This document shows positions 1-9,971 of a stretch of DNA of 20,000 bases, one piece after another. Numbering within the stretch: the first letter of the stretch is position 1; each line of letters begins with the position of its first letter. Origin of the DNA: Chrysochromulina tobinii (lineage: Eukaryota); contig JWZX01003090.1 in the NCBI GenBank assembly GCA_001275005.1, positions 50,804 to 70,803 of the forward strand, given 5' to 3'. The translations under genes and the position numbers were made by a program. The notes beneath the pieces were generated by a model. The model did no database searches, was not told the DNA's origin, and worked only from the letters and a program-made list of their open reading frames with translations.

Positions 1-1
1 T

Positions 2-3000
2 CACCGCGAGGCGTTCCTGACGCTGACCAACAAGCAGGAGCTGCCGTACAATTTCTCGTTCACGACGCCCGCGCACTTTGCGGCGAAGCCGCTCGAAGGC
101 ACGGTGCCGCCAATGGGCGAGATGCAGGTGTGCCTCTCTTTTGCGCCGCACCAGCTCGGCAAGCTCGTGGGCGCGCTGCAGCTGCTCGGCTTCGGCGGGC
201 GCGTCGGCGTCCAGACGATCAAGCTGCACGGCGAGTGCACCGCACCCGCGACCCGCCCGCCCGCGGGCGGCACTGACAAGCTGCCGGAAGACTTTGAGGT
301 CGAGCCCAATGTCGTGGAGCAGTGCTCGTTCCTTCCGCGCACCGTCAACGCCAAGTGGGTGCGCCCGCCCGCGTGGGAGATGTCCGAGGCCCTCCAGGGC
401 GGCAAGGTGCAGACGACCGCCTCGTCGACTCTCACCCCAATCCACACGCTCACCAAGAAGCGCACCTACCGCGATCAGATGGCCAAGCAGCCCGTGCTCG
501 ACGCCATCGACCAGATGGACACGGGCCTCGAGCTGCCCGCCGCCGCGCTCAAGGCGCAGCACGAGCACCGCGAGTACTACGCCACGTTCCTCAAGAACCA
601 GCGCGCGCAGCGGGAGGCGCGCAACAAGGCGCAGCACCAAGCGGCGAACAAGATGCACTCAGACCCTGAGGCCTTCCAATTCGGATGCGACCTCGGGCTC
701 GACCCGTACTCGGGCATCGCGCCCTTCGCGCCACCCTTGCCGCAGGACCTCTCGCCGCTCTTCCTCTTCCACCCGTACACAGACGGCGAGACAGCCAAGA
801 GCGGCCCGCCGTCGGCGCTCTTCGACCCGTTTCGGCTCACGCCCAAGAAGCACAAGAGCAAGCCCGAGTCGCTCGATGAGGTGGCCGACTGTAAGGCGAC
901 GCTCTCGGCGGACGAGCTCAAGCAGATCACGGGCGGCCCAAAGACGGTCGACTTTGGCAACATCTCGGTCTACACGCAGGTCGCGCGCAACTTCACGGTT
1001 CTCAACGAGCTGCGCGTCAACATCCTCGTGGCCATCGAGCTCGGCGACGAGATCAAACAGTGCCCGCCACAAGTGATCCCGCCCGGCGGCACCGCCGGCT
1101 TCGACCTCTTTTTCTCGTCCGATGAGCCGACGCAGTACCAGCGCACGATCACCTACACGATCAACGGCGCGCACGCCTTCAGGTTCGTCGCGAAGGCGAC
1201 CGTCGAGCCGATCGAGGTGAGCTTCTCGACTGAAGAGCTGCAGTTCCGATTCGCCGACGGCGTTCTCGAGCCCTCGATGTCTGCGAGCGTCGCGATCACC
1301 AACCATGGCACCTACCCGGCACGCTTCCGCTGGGAGAATCCCGAGAGCATGCCTCCGGGGCGCAGGCCTGCCTTCGTGCCCGCATCGCTCACGGGCGAGA
1401 TCCCACCCGAGAAGACGCTGCCCGTCGAGATCATCTTCACTCCCTACCTGGGCTGTGCGGCCGAGCACGTGCTCACGGCCATCGTCGAGGGAGGCTCGTC
1501 CAAGACGCTCTTCTGCAAGGGCGACGTGACGGAGGCGAAGGCGAGCCTCACCGTCAAGCGCGTCGAGTTCGGCGTGGTGCCCGCGGGCATCGTGAAGGAG
1601 AAGAACTTCCTCATCAAGAATCAAGGGCAGACGACAGCCGTGTTCACGTTCGACAACCCGCCCCCCGGGTTCTCGATCAAGCCGCAGGCGGGCGCCGTTC
1701 GCGTGGGCCAAACGATGGAGGTCTCGGTCGAGGTGCTCGCGATTCCACCGCGCGGCGAGCGTGTACTCGACCTGGCGGGTGTGCTCAAGTGCGACCTGCG
1801 CTGCGGCAAGCCCATCAAGCTGGCCGTGCACGTGGAGGCGCGCGCCCCCGATGTGATCGTCCTCGAAGATGAGCTCAACTTCGGGCGCGTCGTAGCGGGT
1901 GCGACCAAGTGGCACCCGCTCACGCTGAAGAATGCGTCCATCGTGCCTGCGCTGCTTCATCTCGACCTCACGGGCAGGCAGTTCGCGGACCTCGAGGTCA
2001 AGGTGCAGCTCGACCCGGTGGCGGAGGCGGAGGCAGAGGCGCGCGCGGCGGCCGACGACCGCGCGACGACCATCGTGCCCGACGACGAGCAGGAATCCCC
2101 TCTGCAGCTCATCTCACAGCCGTCCAACGCCTCGCCGCCGCCCACGGCGGGCACGTCGGCCGACGAGACGGGCGACGGCGACGGCGAAGTCGCTTCGCCG
2201 TCGCGGCCGAAATACAACGAAGCGGCTCATGAGGAACGCCGCCTGTACGCGATCACGGTGCAGCCGCAGACGACCCTCGCGCTCAAACTCGGGTACACGC
2301 CCAAGGCCGCATCGGAGCTCCTTCTCGAGCTCCCACTCATGCCCGTCGGGCTCGCTCCCGAGCCCGCGCTGCGCAAGGTCGTCGTCGGCGAGGGACTCAA
2401 GGCGCGGCTCAAGCTCTCGACGAACGCGATCAAGTTTGGCGACTGCATCCTGCGCGCGGCGCAGTTTCCGTACACCAAGGAGATTACGATCACGAACACG
2501 GACGACAAGCCGGTCGAGTGGATGCTCGACGAGAACGTCATCCCTGACGAGTCCGGCTTCTCTCTCGACTGCCCGAGTGGGACGCTTCAGGTGGGCGAGA
2601 GCTTTACCATCACCTTTGGGTTCGCCGCGACCACGGTGGGCATTGCTGACGTCGTGCTGCCGCTTTGCCTCGACGGTGGGAATGTGCCGTACCTCACGCC
2701 GCGCCTGATGGCGAACGCAGTCTTGCCGCGCCTCACCTTCGACAGGCCGGAGCTCATCCTGCCGACGGTGCCGCTCGGGCACACGGCCAAGGCGTCGCTG
2801 TACCTCATCAACGAGGGGTACGATAACCTACAGGTGCAGTACAAGCTGCCGCTCGACGACAAGCGCGCGCCTCTGACGCTTGAGTTCCCCGAGGGTCAGC
2901 TCGTGGGCGTCTCGAAGAAGAAGGTGCTCATCACTGTCTCGTTCGCCTCCGACAAGCCCACGTCCTTCACCGCCAACATCGACTTGATCGATACCGATGG

Positions 3001-6000
3001 CAATCGCTTCTCGCTCCCCGTGACTGCCACCTCGGACAACTCAGTCCTGACCGTGCAGCCCTACCTCGACTCGGTGAAAGCCCAAGGAGGAGCCGGTTCG
3101 GAGGTCATTGCCAGGGAGGGCAAGGCGCCCTCGCTCGTCGTGCCCATCGCGCCGCCTGCGCCGCCGCCCGACGACATGTCCAAGGAGGCCAAGCAGAAGC
3201 GCATCGCGCTTGCGCAGGCGTGCTTCTTGCCGCCCAAACGAACCCACGAGCAGTTTGCCAAGGCGGCCTCCAGCATTGCGCGCGGTGCGTCCATCGTCCT
3301 CGCGTACGTCTCGTCGGCGCTGATGGCGATGCCCGCACCACCGGGCAGCGGTGCGAGCTTCCCGGCGATGCTCACCGCCAACAAGGGGGCAGTGGCGTAC
3401 GAGCTGCTCGCGCTCGTGTCGGGCAAGTCCGTGCCGGTGCCCGAGCAGCCTGCGGACCGTAAGAACGAGAAGGCACTCCTCCGCCACCTGGTCCAGTCGT
3501 ACGACCAGATGATCCAGTTCCTGCGCGCCCACGGGGCGATGTGCGCCTCGCTCAAGGCGGAGCAGCTCCTTCCTCTCGACGAGTACCTCAAGCTCGTGGG
3601 TGGCGGCGCGCCTCTCTCGCGCAAGGAGCGCAAGGCGGTGCGCGACGAGCACGCCGTCTTCCACAGCGAGTCGTGGCTCGAGCTCCTCTTCCAAGCGATT
3701 CGGACGTTCGTGCTAGGTCGCGTGACGCTCAAGGCCTTCCGCGGGCTGCCCGGTATGGCCGAGGCCGCGGGCGCGATCTCGAAAGAGGTAGGCTCGAGCG
3801 CGTACAGGGCGCAGGCCGCGGTCGACGCTTGCAAAGCCATCCAGGACGCTAGGGACAAGAAGGAGACGAACAAGGACAAGAAGATCGTCGCCAAGAAAGA
3901 TGAGGCCCCTCCGGTGCCCTTGCCCTCCTCACTCCTGTACTCGACCTCGGAGCTGCTGCTACTGCGCTGGCTCGAGTACCACAGCGCCGTCTGCCCCGAG
4001 CTGCCCTTTGGCGGCGGCAACCCGCTCGATGAGGTGGGTGGCGTTCTCGACGCCTTCGACAAAGAGCTCAAAGACGGCCACGTCTTCGCGCGCATCATCA
4101 TTTCGCACTGCCCCTTCCTCGCCACCATCAAAGCCGACAACCCGCCGCTCACCTCGTCCGGGGACGTCGAGATTGGCACCGCAATTGACAACCTCTACCC
4201 GCGCCCGTGCTCGCCCGCACAGGCGGCGGCCAATCTGGGGATCGTGGTGCAGGCGCTCGCCGGGATTGGGCTGAGATTCGCCGCGTCGGCTGGCATGCCG
4301 CCGCTCGAGCCCTCCGAGCTCTATGCGGCCTCTCCGCGAGAGATGGCGCTGTTTGCGCTCTTCCTCTACCAGCACATGCCGCACTACGTGCCCAAGGCAG
4401 TGGTTGGCTTCACGGGCGGCATTCACCAGCCGCTTGCGCGCACCATCGAGCTTGCCAATCCGGCCAAGAAGCCCATCATTTACGAGGTGCGCCTCGAGGG
4501 ACCGCCCGCCCCTCGCCAGTGCTTCAAGGTGGGCGCCAGGGAGGTGCGCATTGAGGGCAAGTCAACGCTGCCGTTCCCCGTGAACGTGCTCAGCTACTTC
4601 ATCGGGCAGCACACGGGCCGCTTAATCTTCCTTTCCAAGGGCAACGGCGTGGACACCGCCAACGCGTCCACACTCGTCTTCGACCTGTTGGCCACCATCG
4701 ACATCGGCCTGCCCCTCGAGAACTTCAGCACCGCCTCGAAGCTCTACCAGCCGCAGATGCTCACAGTCAAGCTCACCAATCCCTTCGACGTGCCCGCCGC
4801 CTTCAAGCTCTCCTTCACGGAGACTCGCCCCGAGATTGCACTGCCAAAGCTCGGCGGCGGCGGTGGCGGCGACAAGGGCGGAAAGCCACCCGCGGCCGCA
4901 CCGGCGGCCCGCTCGGCCAAGATTGCGGGCATCGAAGGCTCGCTCAAGGGCGGCGCGGCGAGCGCGGTCGACTCCATGACGAAGAAGCTGCCGAACAGCT
5001 TCTTTTGCGCCGCGTCGACGGTGTCTGTCGACGCGCGCGGCACGGCGAGTATGCAGGTACAGTTCCTGCCCTTCCAGCTGGGCGAATACACAGCGACCGT
5101 CCTCTTCTCGGACGAGAACGTGGGCGAGCTATCGTACCAACTCAAGGGGACAGTCTCGCTCCCCTTGCCGCTCGAGACGCTCACTTTCGCCTCAGAGGCC
5201 GACTCGACTGCAGGTCGCGAGGTCCAGCTGCCCTTCCGGAACCCACAGGTGGAGAAGGCGCGCCAGATGGTGCTCGATCGTTCGCAGCGCGAAAAGGAGC
5301 GCATGGGCCAGATTTGGGGCAAGGAGCCGATGCTCCGTGGGCCTGTGCAGCTGCAGCTCGCCTACGGTTCCGCCGCCTTCTCGGGCCAGGCGACGATCGA
5401 ACTCGTCGACAACGAGAAGCGGCGCGGCGGCGGCAACAAGTCCACGGCCGGCTCGGTGGCCGGCTCGGGCGCGGCCACGCCGAAGGGCAAGGATTCCGGT
5501 GCGCCACCAGCGACTGCGTCCGCTGACGCCAACAAGCTGCCGCTGCGCTTCGTGCCCAAGGAGCCCGGTCAGTACACGTCGGAGCTGCTGCTCATCTCGC
5601 CACTCGACGTGCGCCTGTACGATCTGGCGGGGGCGTGCGCGGCGCCCGGCGTCAAGGCGGCGCTTGAGTTCGTCACGCCGGCGCGCATGCCGCTTCGGCA
5701 GGAGCTGCCGGTCATCAACGGCACCCAAGACGACTGGACGATCTCGGCGGCCATCAAGGGCGAGGGCTTCCACGGACCTGCGAGCGTCAAGATCCCGGCG
5801 GGCCAGTCGGGCTCCTATCCGCTCGACTTCACCCCCGACTGGATCACCGAGGCCACCGGCGAGTGCATTCTCACCAACCAGTCAACGGGCGACAAGTACG
5901 TGTTCACGCTCAAGGGCATCGGAGAGGAGCCGCTCGCCGAGGGCAACGTGGTCATCGAGTGCGCGGCGCGCAAGCCCAAGCAAGTGCCCTTCACCGTGTA

Positions 6001-7924
6001 CAACGTCATGGGCAGCGGCGAGCCGTGCACGCTCAAAATCGAGACGGACCTGCTGCATGTGCAGGGCCCGTCCAGCGTGTCCGTGCCAAAACGCGCCAAG
6101 GGGAGCGACCCGACCAAGGACGGCATCACGTACATGCTCACGGTGAACTCGCAGATGGGCGGCGAGCTGCGCGGATCCATCACCTTCACGACGCCGGACG
6201 GGCGCTACCTGTGGTACACGGTCGAGATGCACTCGGACCCGCCGCCGTGCGAGAAGCATCTGCGCATCTCCGCGCCGCTGCGCAAGGTCATCGCGGTCGA
6301 GATCCCGATTGCGAACCCGACGAACACCGAGCTCGAGTTCCAGGTGATCATCACGGGCGAGGGCCTGCTCGGCGACGATTCGGTGCGTGTGGCTGGCGAC
6401 TCCGAGGTGCGCTACGAGCTCCTCTTCTCGCCGCTCATCGCGGGCACGAGCACCGGCCAGATCTCGTTCGTCAACCCGCATGCGGGCGAGTTCTGGTACG
6501 AGCTCACGCTCACGGGCGAGCCAACCGAGCCCGTCGACCTGCCCAAGCTGCGCGCGGCTGTGGGTGCGTCGGCCACGCACGAGGTGACCGTCTCGAACCC
6601 CGTCGGCGAGGAGCTGCCGCTGCAGCTTCGGGTCGAGGGGCGCAACCCCAAAGCCTTCACACTCCAAGGGCCGAAGACCGGGCCTGGTGGCGCCGGGGCG
6701 CTGCTGCTGCCGCCTTACGGCGAGCTCACCTGTACGCTCACGTACACGCCCTCGGCGCTCGACGAGGAGCAGAGCGCGATGCTCGCTCTCACGCACCCGA
6801 AGCTGGGCGAGTGGCTCTACAGGGCCAAGGGCATGGGCCACGCGCCTTCCGACATGCCCGTGACGCGCCCGTCGGCGCCCCTCGGGCACACGACGTCGGG
6901 TTCGATCGCCCTGCGAAACCCATTCGACCAGCCGCTCGTCATCGACCTTGCGCTCGAGCAGTCGATGAACGCGTATGACGACCCGGGCGCCACGCAGCCC
7001 TTCGAGTTGCTGGCGCGGCGCACCTCGGGCGTGACGATCGCGCCGGGCACGTCGGTGCAGTTCCCCTTCTCGTTTGTGGCCCGCGACATGTCGGAGTCGC
7101 ACGCGGCCATCGTGTTGCATGGCGACTACAAGGGAAGGCACCTCACCTGGCGCTACCCGCTCGTGGGCGAGGCCATTTCGCGCCCGCTGCACAAGCCGAT
7201 CGCGTTGCACGTGGCCGCGCGCCAGCCGCTCACTCGCGAGCTCGCGCTCCCGCTGCCCGGGCTGCAAGACACGGGCGTGGACGAGCCGTTCACGTACGAG
7301 CTCGATCTGGATGCCCAGTCGGCTGGGCTCATCGAGTCGTCGCTCACTCTCACGCCGCTCCAGCGCACTCTCTCGGGCTCGACCCTCACGATGGCCGTCG
7401 ACTGGCGCCCGCTGCGCCCGGTGCGCACCTCAGCGGCGCTCGTGGTGCGCAAGAACTCGGGCGGGCGCTGGCGGTACGACCTGACCTTCGAGGCGGGTGA
7501 ACCGGCGCCGGATGACGTCATCTACCTGGAGGCGCCCATCCACAAGACGGCTCAGGTGCAGTTCAAGCTGTGCAACGCCTTCGACGACGACGCGGCGTAC
7601 ACAGCGTACTTTTCCGCCGACTCGGCCTCCGTCTTCTCTGTCAACCCGATGCAGGGCGTGCTGCCGCGCGCGGGCACCGCGGGCGCGCTCTTCACGGTCG
7701 CGTACACCCCCGCCGAGTACGGCAAGCCGGTGCGCGGCACGCTCATCATCCTGACCGAGGAGATGCAGTGGTCGTACGAGGTGCGCGGAGGGCACCCGCC
7801 GTACGAAATTCCGCGTGTCGCGCACTCGACGATCGACCACGTGCTCGACCCCTCTATCTCGATGAGGCTGGGCAAGGTGCCCACGACTAATTTCATGAAG
7901 AAGAACATGCAGCAGCAGCATTGA
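2..7924 (+). CDS. CFAP47: Cilia- and flagella-associated protein 47 (CFAP47/CXorf22-like; multiple ASH/PapD-like domains plus a calponin-homology domain); 5'-partial
   Basis: The frame is open from base 2 (HREAFLTLTNKQELPYNFSF...), so the track's GTG start at 104 is internal. Stop TGA is at 7922-7924, with no frame interruption and strong GC3 bias. Repeated Ig-like segments of the '..N.....P..G.I.P....V.F.P' type. A CH-like block at ~3938-4396 (YSTSELLLLRWLEYH...FDKELKDGHVFARIIISHCPFL...LYQHMPHYVPK) and C-terminal motifs GEFWYEL, LGEWLY, GGRWRY and TEEMQWSYEVRG match my recollection of CFAP47. Confidence 0.9.
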   Translation, partial: HREAFLTLTNKQELPYNFSFTTPAHFAAKPLEGTVPPMGEMQVCLSFAPHQLGKLVGALQLLGFGGRVGVQTIKLHGECTAPATRPPAGGTDKLPEDFEVEPNVVEQCSFLPRTVNAKWVRPPAWEMSEALQGGKVQTTASSTLTPIHTLTKKRTYRDQMAKQPVLDAIDQMDTGLELPAAALKAQHEHREYYATFLKNQRAQREARNKAQHQAANKMHSDPEAFQFGCDLGLDPYSGIAPFAPPLPQDLSPLFLFHPYTDGETAKSGPPSALFDPFRLTPKKHKSKPESLDEVADCKATLSADELKQITGGPKTVDFGNISVYTQVARNFTVLNELRVNILVAIELGDEIKQCPPQVIPPGGTAGFDLFFSSDEPTQYQRTITYTINGAHAFRFVAKATVEPIEVSFSTEELQFRFADGVLEPSMSASVAITNHGTYPARFRWENPESMPPGRRPAFVPASLTGEIPPEKTLPVEIIFTPYLGCAAEHVLTAIVEGGSSKTLFCKGDVTEAKASLTVKRVEFGVVPAGIVKEKNFLIKNQGQTTAVFTFDNPPPGFSIKPQAGAVRVGQTMEVSVEVLAIPPRGERVLDLAGVLKCDLRCGKPIKLAVHVEARAPDVIVLEDELNFGRVVAGATKWHPLTLKNASIVPALLHLDLTGRQFADLEVKVQLDPVAEAEAEARAAADDRATTIVPDDEQESPLQLISQPSNASPPPTAGTSADETGDGDGEVASPSRPKYNEAAHEERRLYAITVQPQTTLALKLGYTPKAASELLLELPLMPVGLAPEPALRKVVVGEGLKARLKLSTNAIKFGDCILRAAQFPYTKEITITNTDDKPVEWMLDENVIPDESGFSLDCPSGTLQVGESFTITFGFAATTVGIADVVLPLCLDGGNVPYLTPRLMANAVLPRLTFDRPELILPTVPLGHTAKASLYLINEGYDNLQVQYKLPLDDKRAPLTLEFPEGQLVGVSKKKVLITVSFASDKPTSFTANIDLIDTDGNRFSLPVTATSDNSVLTVQPYLDSVKAQGGAGSEVIAREGKAPSLVVPIAPPAPPPDDMSKEAKQKRIALAQACFLPPKRTHEQFAKAASSIARGASIVLAYVSSALMAMPAPPGSGASFPAMLTANKGAVAYELLALVSGKSVPVPEQPADRKNEKALLRHLVQSYDQMIQFLRAHGAMCASLKAEQLLPLDEYLKLVGGGAPLSRKERKAVRDEHAVFHSESWLELLFQAIRTFVLGRVTLKAFRGLPGMAEAAGAISKEVGSSAYRAQAAVDACKAIQDARDKKETNKDKKIVAKKDEAPPVPLPSSLLYSTSELLLLRWLEYHSAVCPELPFGGGNPLDEVGGVLDAFDKELKDGHVFARIIISHCPFLATIKADNPPLTSSGDVEIGTAIDNLYPRPCSPAQAAANLGIVVQALAGIGLRFAASAGMPPLEPSELYAASPREMALFALFLYQHMPHYVPKAVVGFTGGIHQPLARTIELANPAKKPIIYEVRLEGPPAPRQCFKVGAREVRIEGKSTLPFPVNVLSYFIGQHTGRLIFLSKGNGVDTANASTLVFDLLATIDIGLPLENFSTASKLYQPQMLTVKLTNPFDVPAAFKLSFTETRPEIALPKLGGGGGGDKGGKPPAAAPAARSAKIAGIEGSLKGGAASAVDSMTKKLPNSFFCAASTVSVDARGTASMQVQFLPFQLGEYTATVLFSDENVGELSYQLKGTVSLPLPLETLTFASEADSTAGREVQLPFRNPQVEKARQMVLDRSQREKERMGQIWGKEPMLRGPVQLQLAYGSAAFSGQATIELVDNEKRRGGGNKSTAGSVAGSGAATPKGKDSGAPPATASADANKLPLRFVPKEPGQYTSELLLISPLDVRLYDLAGACAAPGVKAALEFVTPARMPLRQELPVINGTQDDWTISAAIKGEGFHGPASVKIPAGQSGSYPLDFTPDWITEATGECILTNQSTGDKYVFTLKGIGEEPLAEGNVVIECAARKPKQVPFTVYNVMGSGEPCTLKIETDLLHVQGPSSVSVPKRAKGSDPTKDGITYMLTVNSQMGGELRGSITFTTPDGRYLWYTVEMHSDPPPCEKHLRISAPLRKVIAVEIPIANPTNTELEFQVIITGEGLLGDDSVRVAGDSEVRYELLFSPLIAGTSTGQISFVNPHAGEFWYELTLTGEPTEPVDLPKLRAAVGASATHEVTVSNPVGEELPLQLRVEGRNPKAFTLQGPKTGPGGAGALLLPPYGELTCTLTYTPSALDEEQSAMLALTHPKLGEWLYRAKGMGHAPSDMPVTRPSAPLGHTTSGSIALRNPFDQPLVIDLALEQSMNAYDDPGATQPFELLARRTSGVTIAPGTSVQFPFSFVARDMSESHAAIVLHGDYKGRHLTWRYPLVGEAISRPLHKPIALHVAARQPLTRELALPLPGLQDTGVDEPFTYELDLDAQSAGLIESSLTLTPLQRTLSGSTLTMAVDWRPLRPVRTSAALVVRKNSGGRWRYDLTFEAGEPAPDDVIYLEAPIHKTAQVQFKLCNAFDDDAAYTAYFSADSASVFSVNPMQGVLPRAGTAGALFTVAYTPAEYGKPVRGTLIILTEEMQWSYEVRGGHPPYEIPRVAHSTIDHVLDPSISMRLGKVPTTNFMKKNMQQQH

Positions 7925-8230
7925 GGCGACCGACGAGGCCGCGCGACGACGCGAGCGAGCCGAGGATTCCCGAGGATTGGGTGTCTGGGCGGGTAGGCGC
8001 ATGTGTCTCGAGCGGTGGGCGAGCAGCGCGCGAGTACTTTTATCTTTGTGCCATTGTGAAGTGTTTCCGTGCGAAGCGTCAAACTTTGAGAAAGGGTCAG
8101 TTGAATCGACACACAAGGTACCGACCAGCCACTACCACGCGAAACCTGCCACGCAGTGGTCGCGTCGCTCGGTGGACTAACACACCGGCGAGGATTGTCA
8201 AACTTTGCCTTGTTCACACTCGCGGCAAAA

Positions 8231-8872
8231 ATGGCGTCAAGGACTTCATCATACAAAGTCGTGCTCCTGGGCGAGGGTCGCGTCGGGAAGACGAGCCTGG
8301 TTCTGCGCTTCTGCCGTGACACCTTCGTCGATGGGCAGCCGCCTACCATTCAGGCATCCTGCCTCGAGCGAGCGCTGCGACTGGGCGACAAAACGGTCAA
8401 CTTGGTCATCTGGGACACTGCTGGCCAGGAGCGCTTCCACGCCCTCGGGCCCATCTACTACCGTGACGCCGACGCGGCGCTGCTCGTGTATGACATCACC
8501 GACACCGACTCCTTCAAGAGGATACAGGTCTGGGTGCGTGAGTTGCGCAAGATGGTAGGAGACAGCATCCAGCTCTCGATCGCAGGCAACAAAAGCGACC
8601 TGGAGCGGCAGCGTGTGGTGAGCCGGCAGGAGGCCGCAGAGTACGCCGACTCGGTCGGCGCGCACTATGCTGAGACTTCGGCGAAGCAGAACCGCGGCCT
8701 CGACGAGCTGTTCTCGTCCATGGGCAAGCGGCTGCTGGCATCGCGTGAGGAGAAACTGGGCTCGCCTGCGCTGGGCAGTGGGCCCGCGTCGACGCGCAGG
8801 TCACGCGGCGCGGCGATGGTGCTGATAGACGACGAGCCGCCAGCCAGCAGCAGTAGCAGCAGGTGCTGTTAG
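8231..8872 (+). CDS. RAB21: Rab21 small GTPase (Rab5-related, endosomal)
   Basis: ATG at 8231 in an AAAA-ATG-G context. G1 GEGRVGKT, switch I TIQAS, G3 WDTAGQERFHALGPIYYRD (Rab21-diagnostic), G4 NKSD, G5 ETSAK and a C-terminal CC prenylation motif. TAG at 8870-8872, intronless. Confidence 0.93.
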   Translation: MASRTSSYKVVLLGEGRVGKTSLVLRFCRDTFVDGQPPTIQASCLERALRLGDKTVNLVIWDTAGQERFHALGPIYYRDADAALLVYDITDTDSFKRIQVWVRELRKMVGDSIQLSIAGNKSDLERQRVVSRQEAAEYADSVGAHYAETSAKQNRGLDELFSSMGKRLLASREEKLGSPALGSGPASTRRSRGAAMVLIDDEPPASSSSSRCC

Positions 8873-9971
8873 ATAGAACGCGGGTGGCCCATTGACGAAC
8901 TCCATTGACGATCTCTACTGACGAAGTCAAGTGCGACCCGCTGCAAGAGGCGGAGGACTCCTCGCGCCCCGCCCCGCTCGCGCATCGGGTCTTCGGTGCA
9001 GCCTCGAGCCAGAAGCGAGGGCCGGCATGCGCGGGCCCCTGGAGCCCTGATTCGTGGCGCGTACTCCACGGCACAGGGCACGCCTTTTCGCGCGCGGCCG
9101 CCGCACGCGCGGTCGGCGGTGTTCTCGCCCCCGCTCCGACGCTGCGTCCGTCCGCGAGACCGTTCACAGTAGCCACAGATGTTTCGCGTGTCGACAGCGT
9201 GCGTGCAACGGAGGTACACATTGTTTTACGACGCGAGAGAGATTACAGACTCTCGAGATATACAGATTTTCGTTTTTTATACGAATCGCGTATAGCGTTG
9301 CTTATTGCTTCGTGTACTTCGTCGGCTGTTTCGAAGGCTTTCGTTGGTTTTCGACCGTTTCCGAGCGGTCCTCGAGCGCGTACTCGAGCGGGGACGGGCT
9401 GGCGGCCCCGGGTCGGCCCCGGGGCTTTCCTCGAGGGCTTCGCCGGGCCGGGCCTCGGCGGGCCGCGGGCGCGGTCGCCGGACGCCGGTCCCGTAGTCTC
9501 CGTAAGCGCAAAGCGGTTAGTCCGCTTGGCCCCAGCATCCAACGATCCGTCAATAGAACTGTCTCGTCCACGGAGCGACGACACCGACCGACCGAGCGAC
9601 GGCGGGTGCGTCGGACGAACCGCGTCGCCGCGCGCGCGGGTCGTACACGCCCGGGTGCGCCGCGCGCGTCTGCCGTCTCCCCGCCCGGGCAACGCGGAGC
9701 GGTGGTCTCGACGGTGGTCAGCTCAGAGAAGAGTATCTACAATAGAAATTCAAGCCGGAGCCTTGCCGCCAGGTATGCGGAGAGAATACATACACCCGCG
9801 CGCGCGCATAATGGGTTTGTACGCAGTGTCTTTGAACGTAAACTGACCGATGGACGGTCGGGTCTGACTGCGCGCTCCACGGCACGACGGGCGTGGGGCG
9901 TAGCCCAGAGCGGCGAGCTCTCTAGAGCGGCTGTCCGCGGGGACGAATGGACACGCATTCGCCGGTTACCT

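Noticed and set aside
1..8349. Numerous long antisense and alternate-frame ORFs over CFAP47 (e.g. 659..1960, 3061..4191, 5882..7267)
   Set aside because: Shadow ORFs expected from extreme GC3 bias. The translations are Arg/Ser/Pro-rich with no recognisable motifs.
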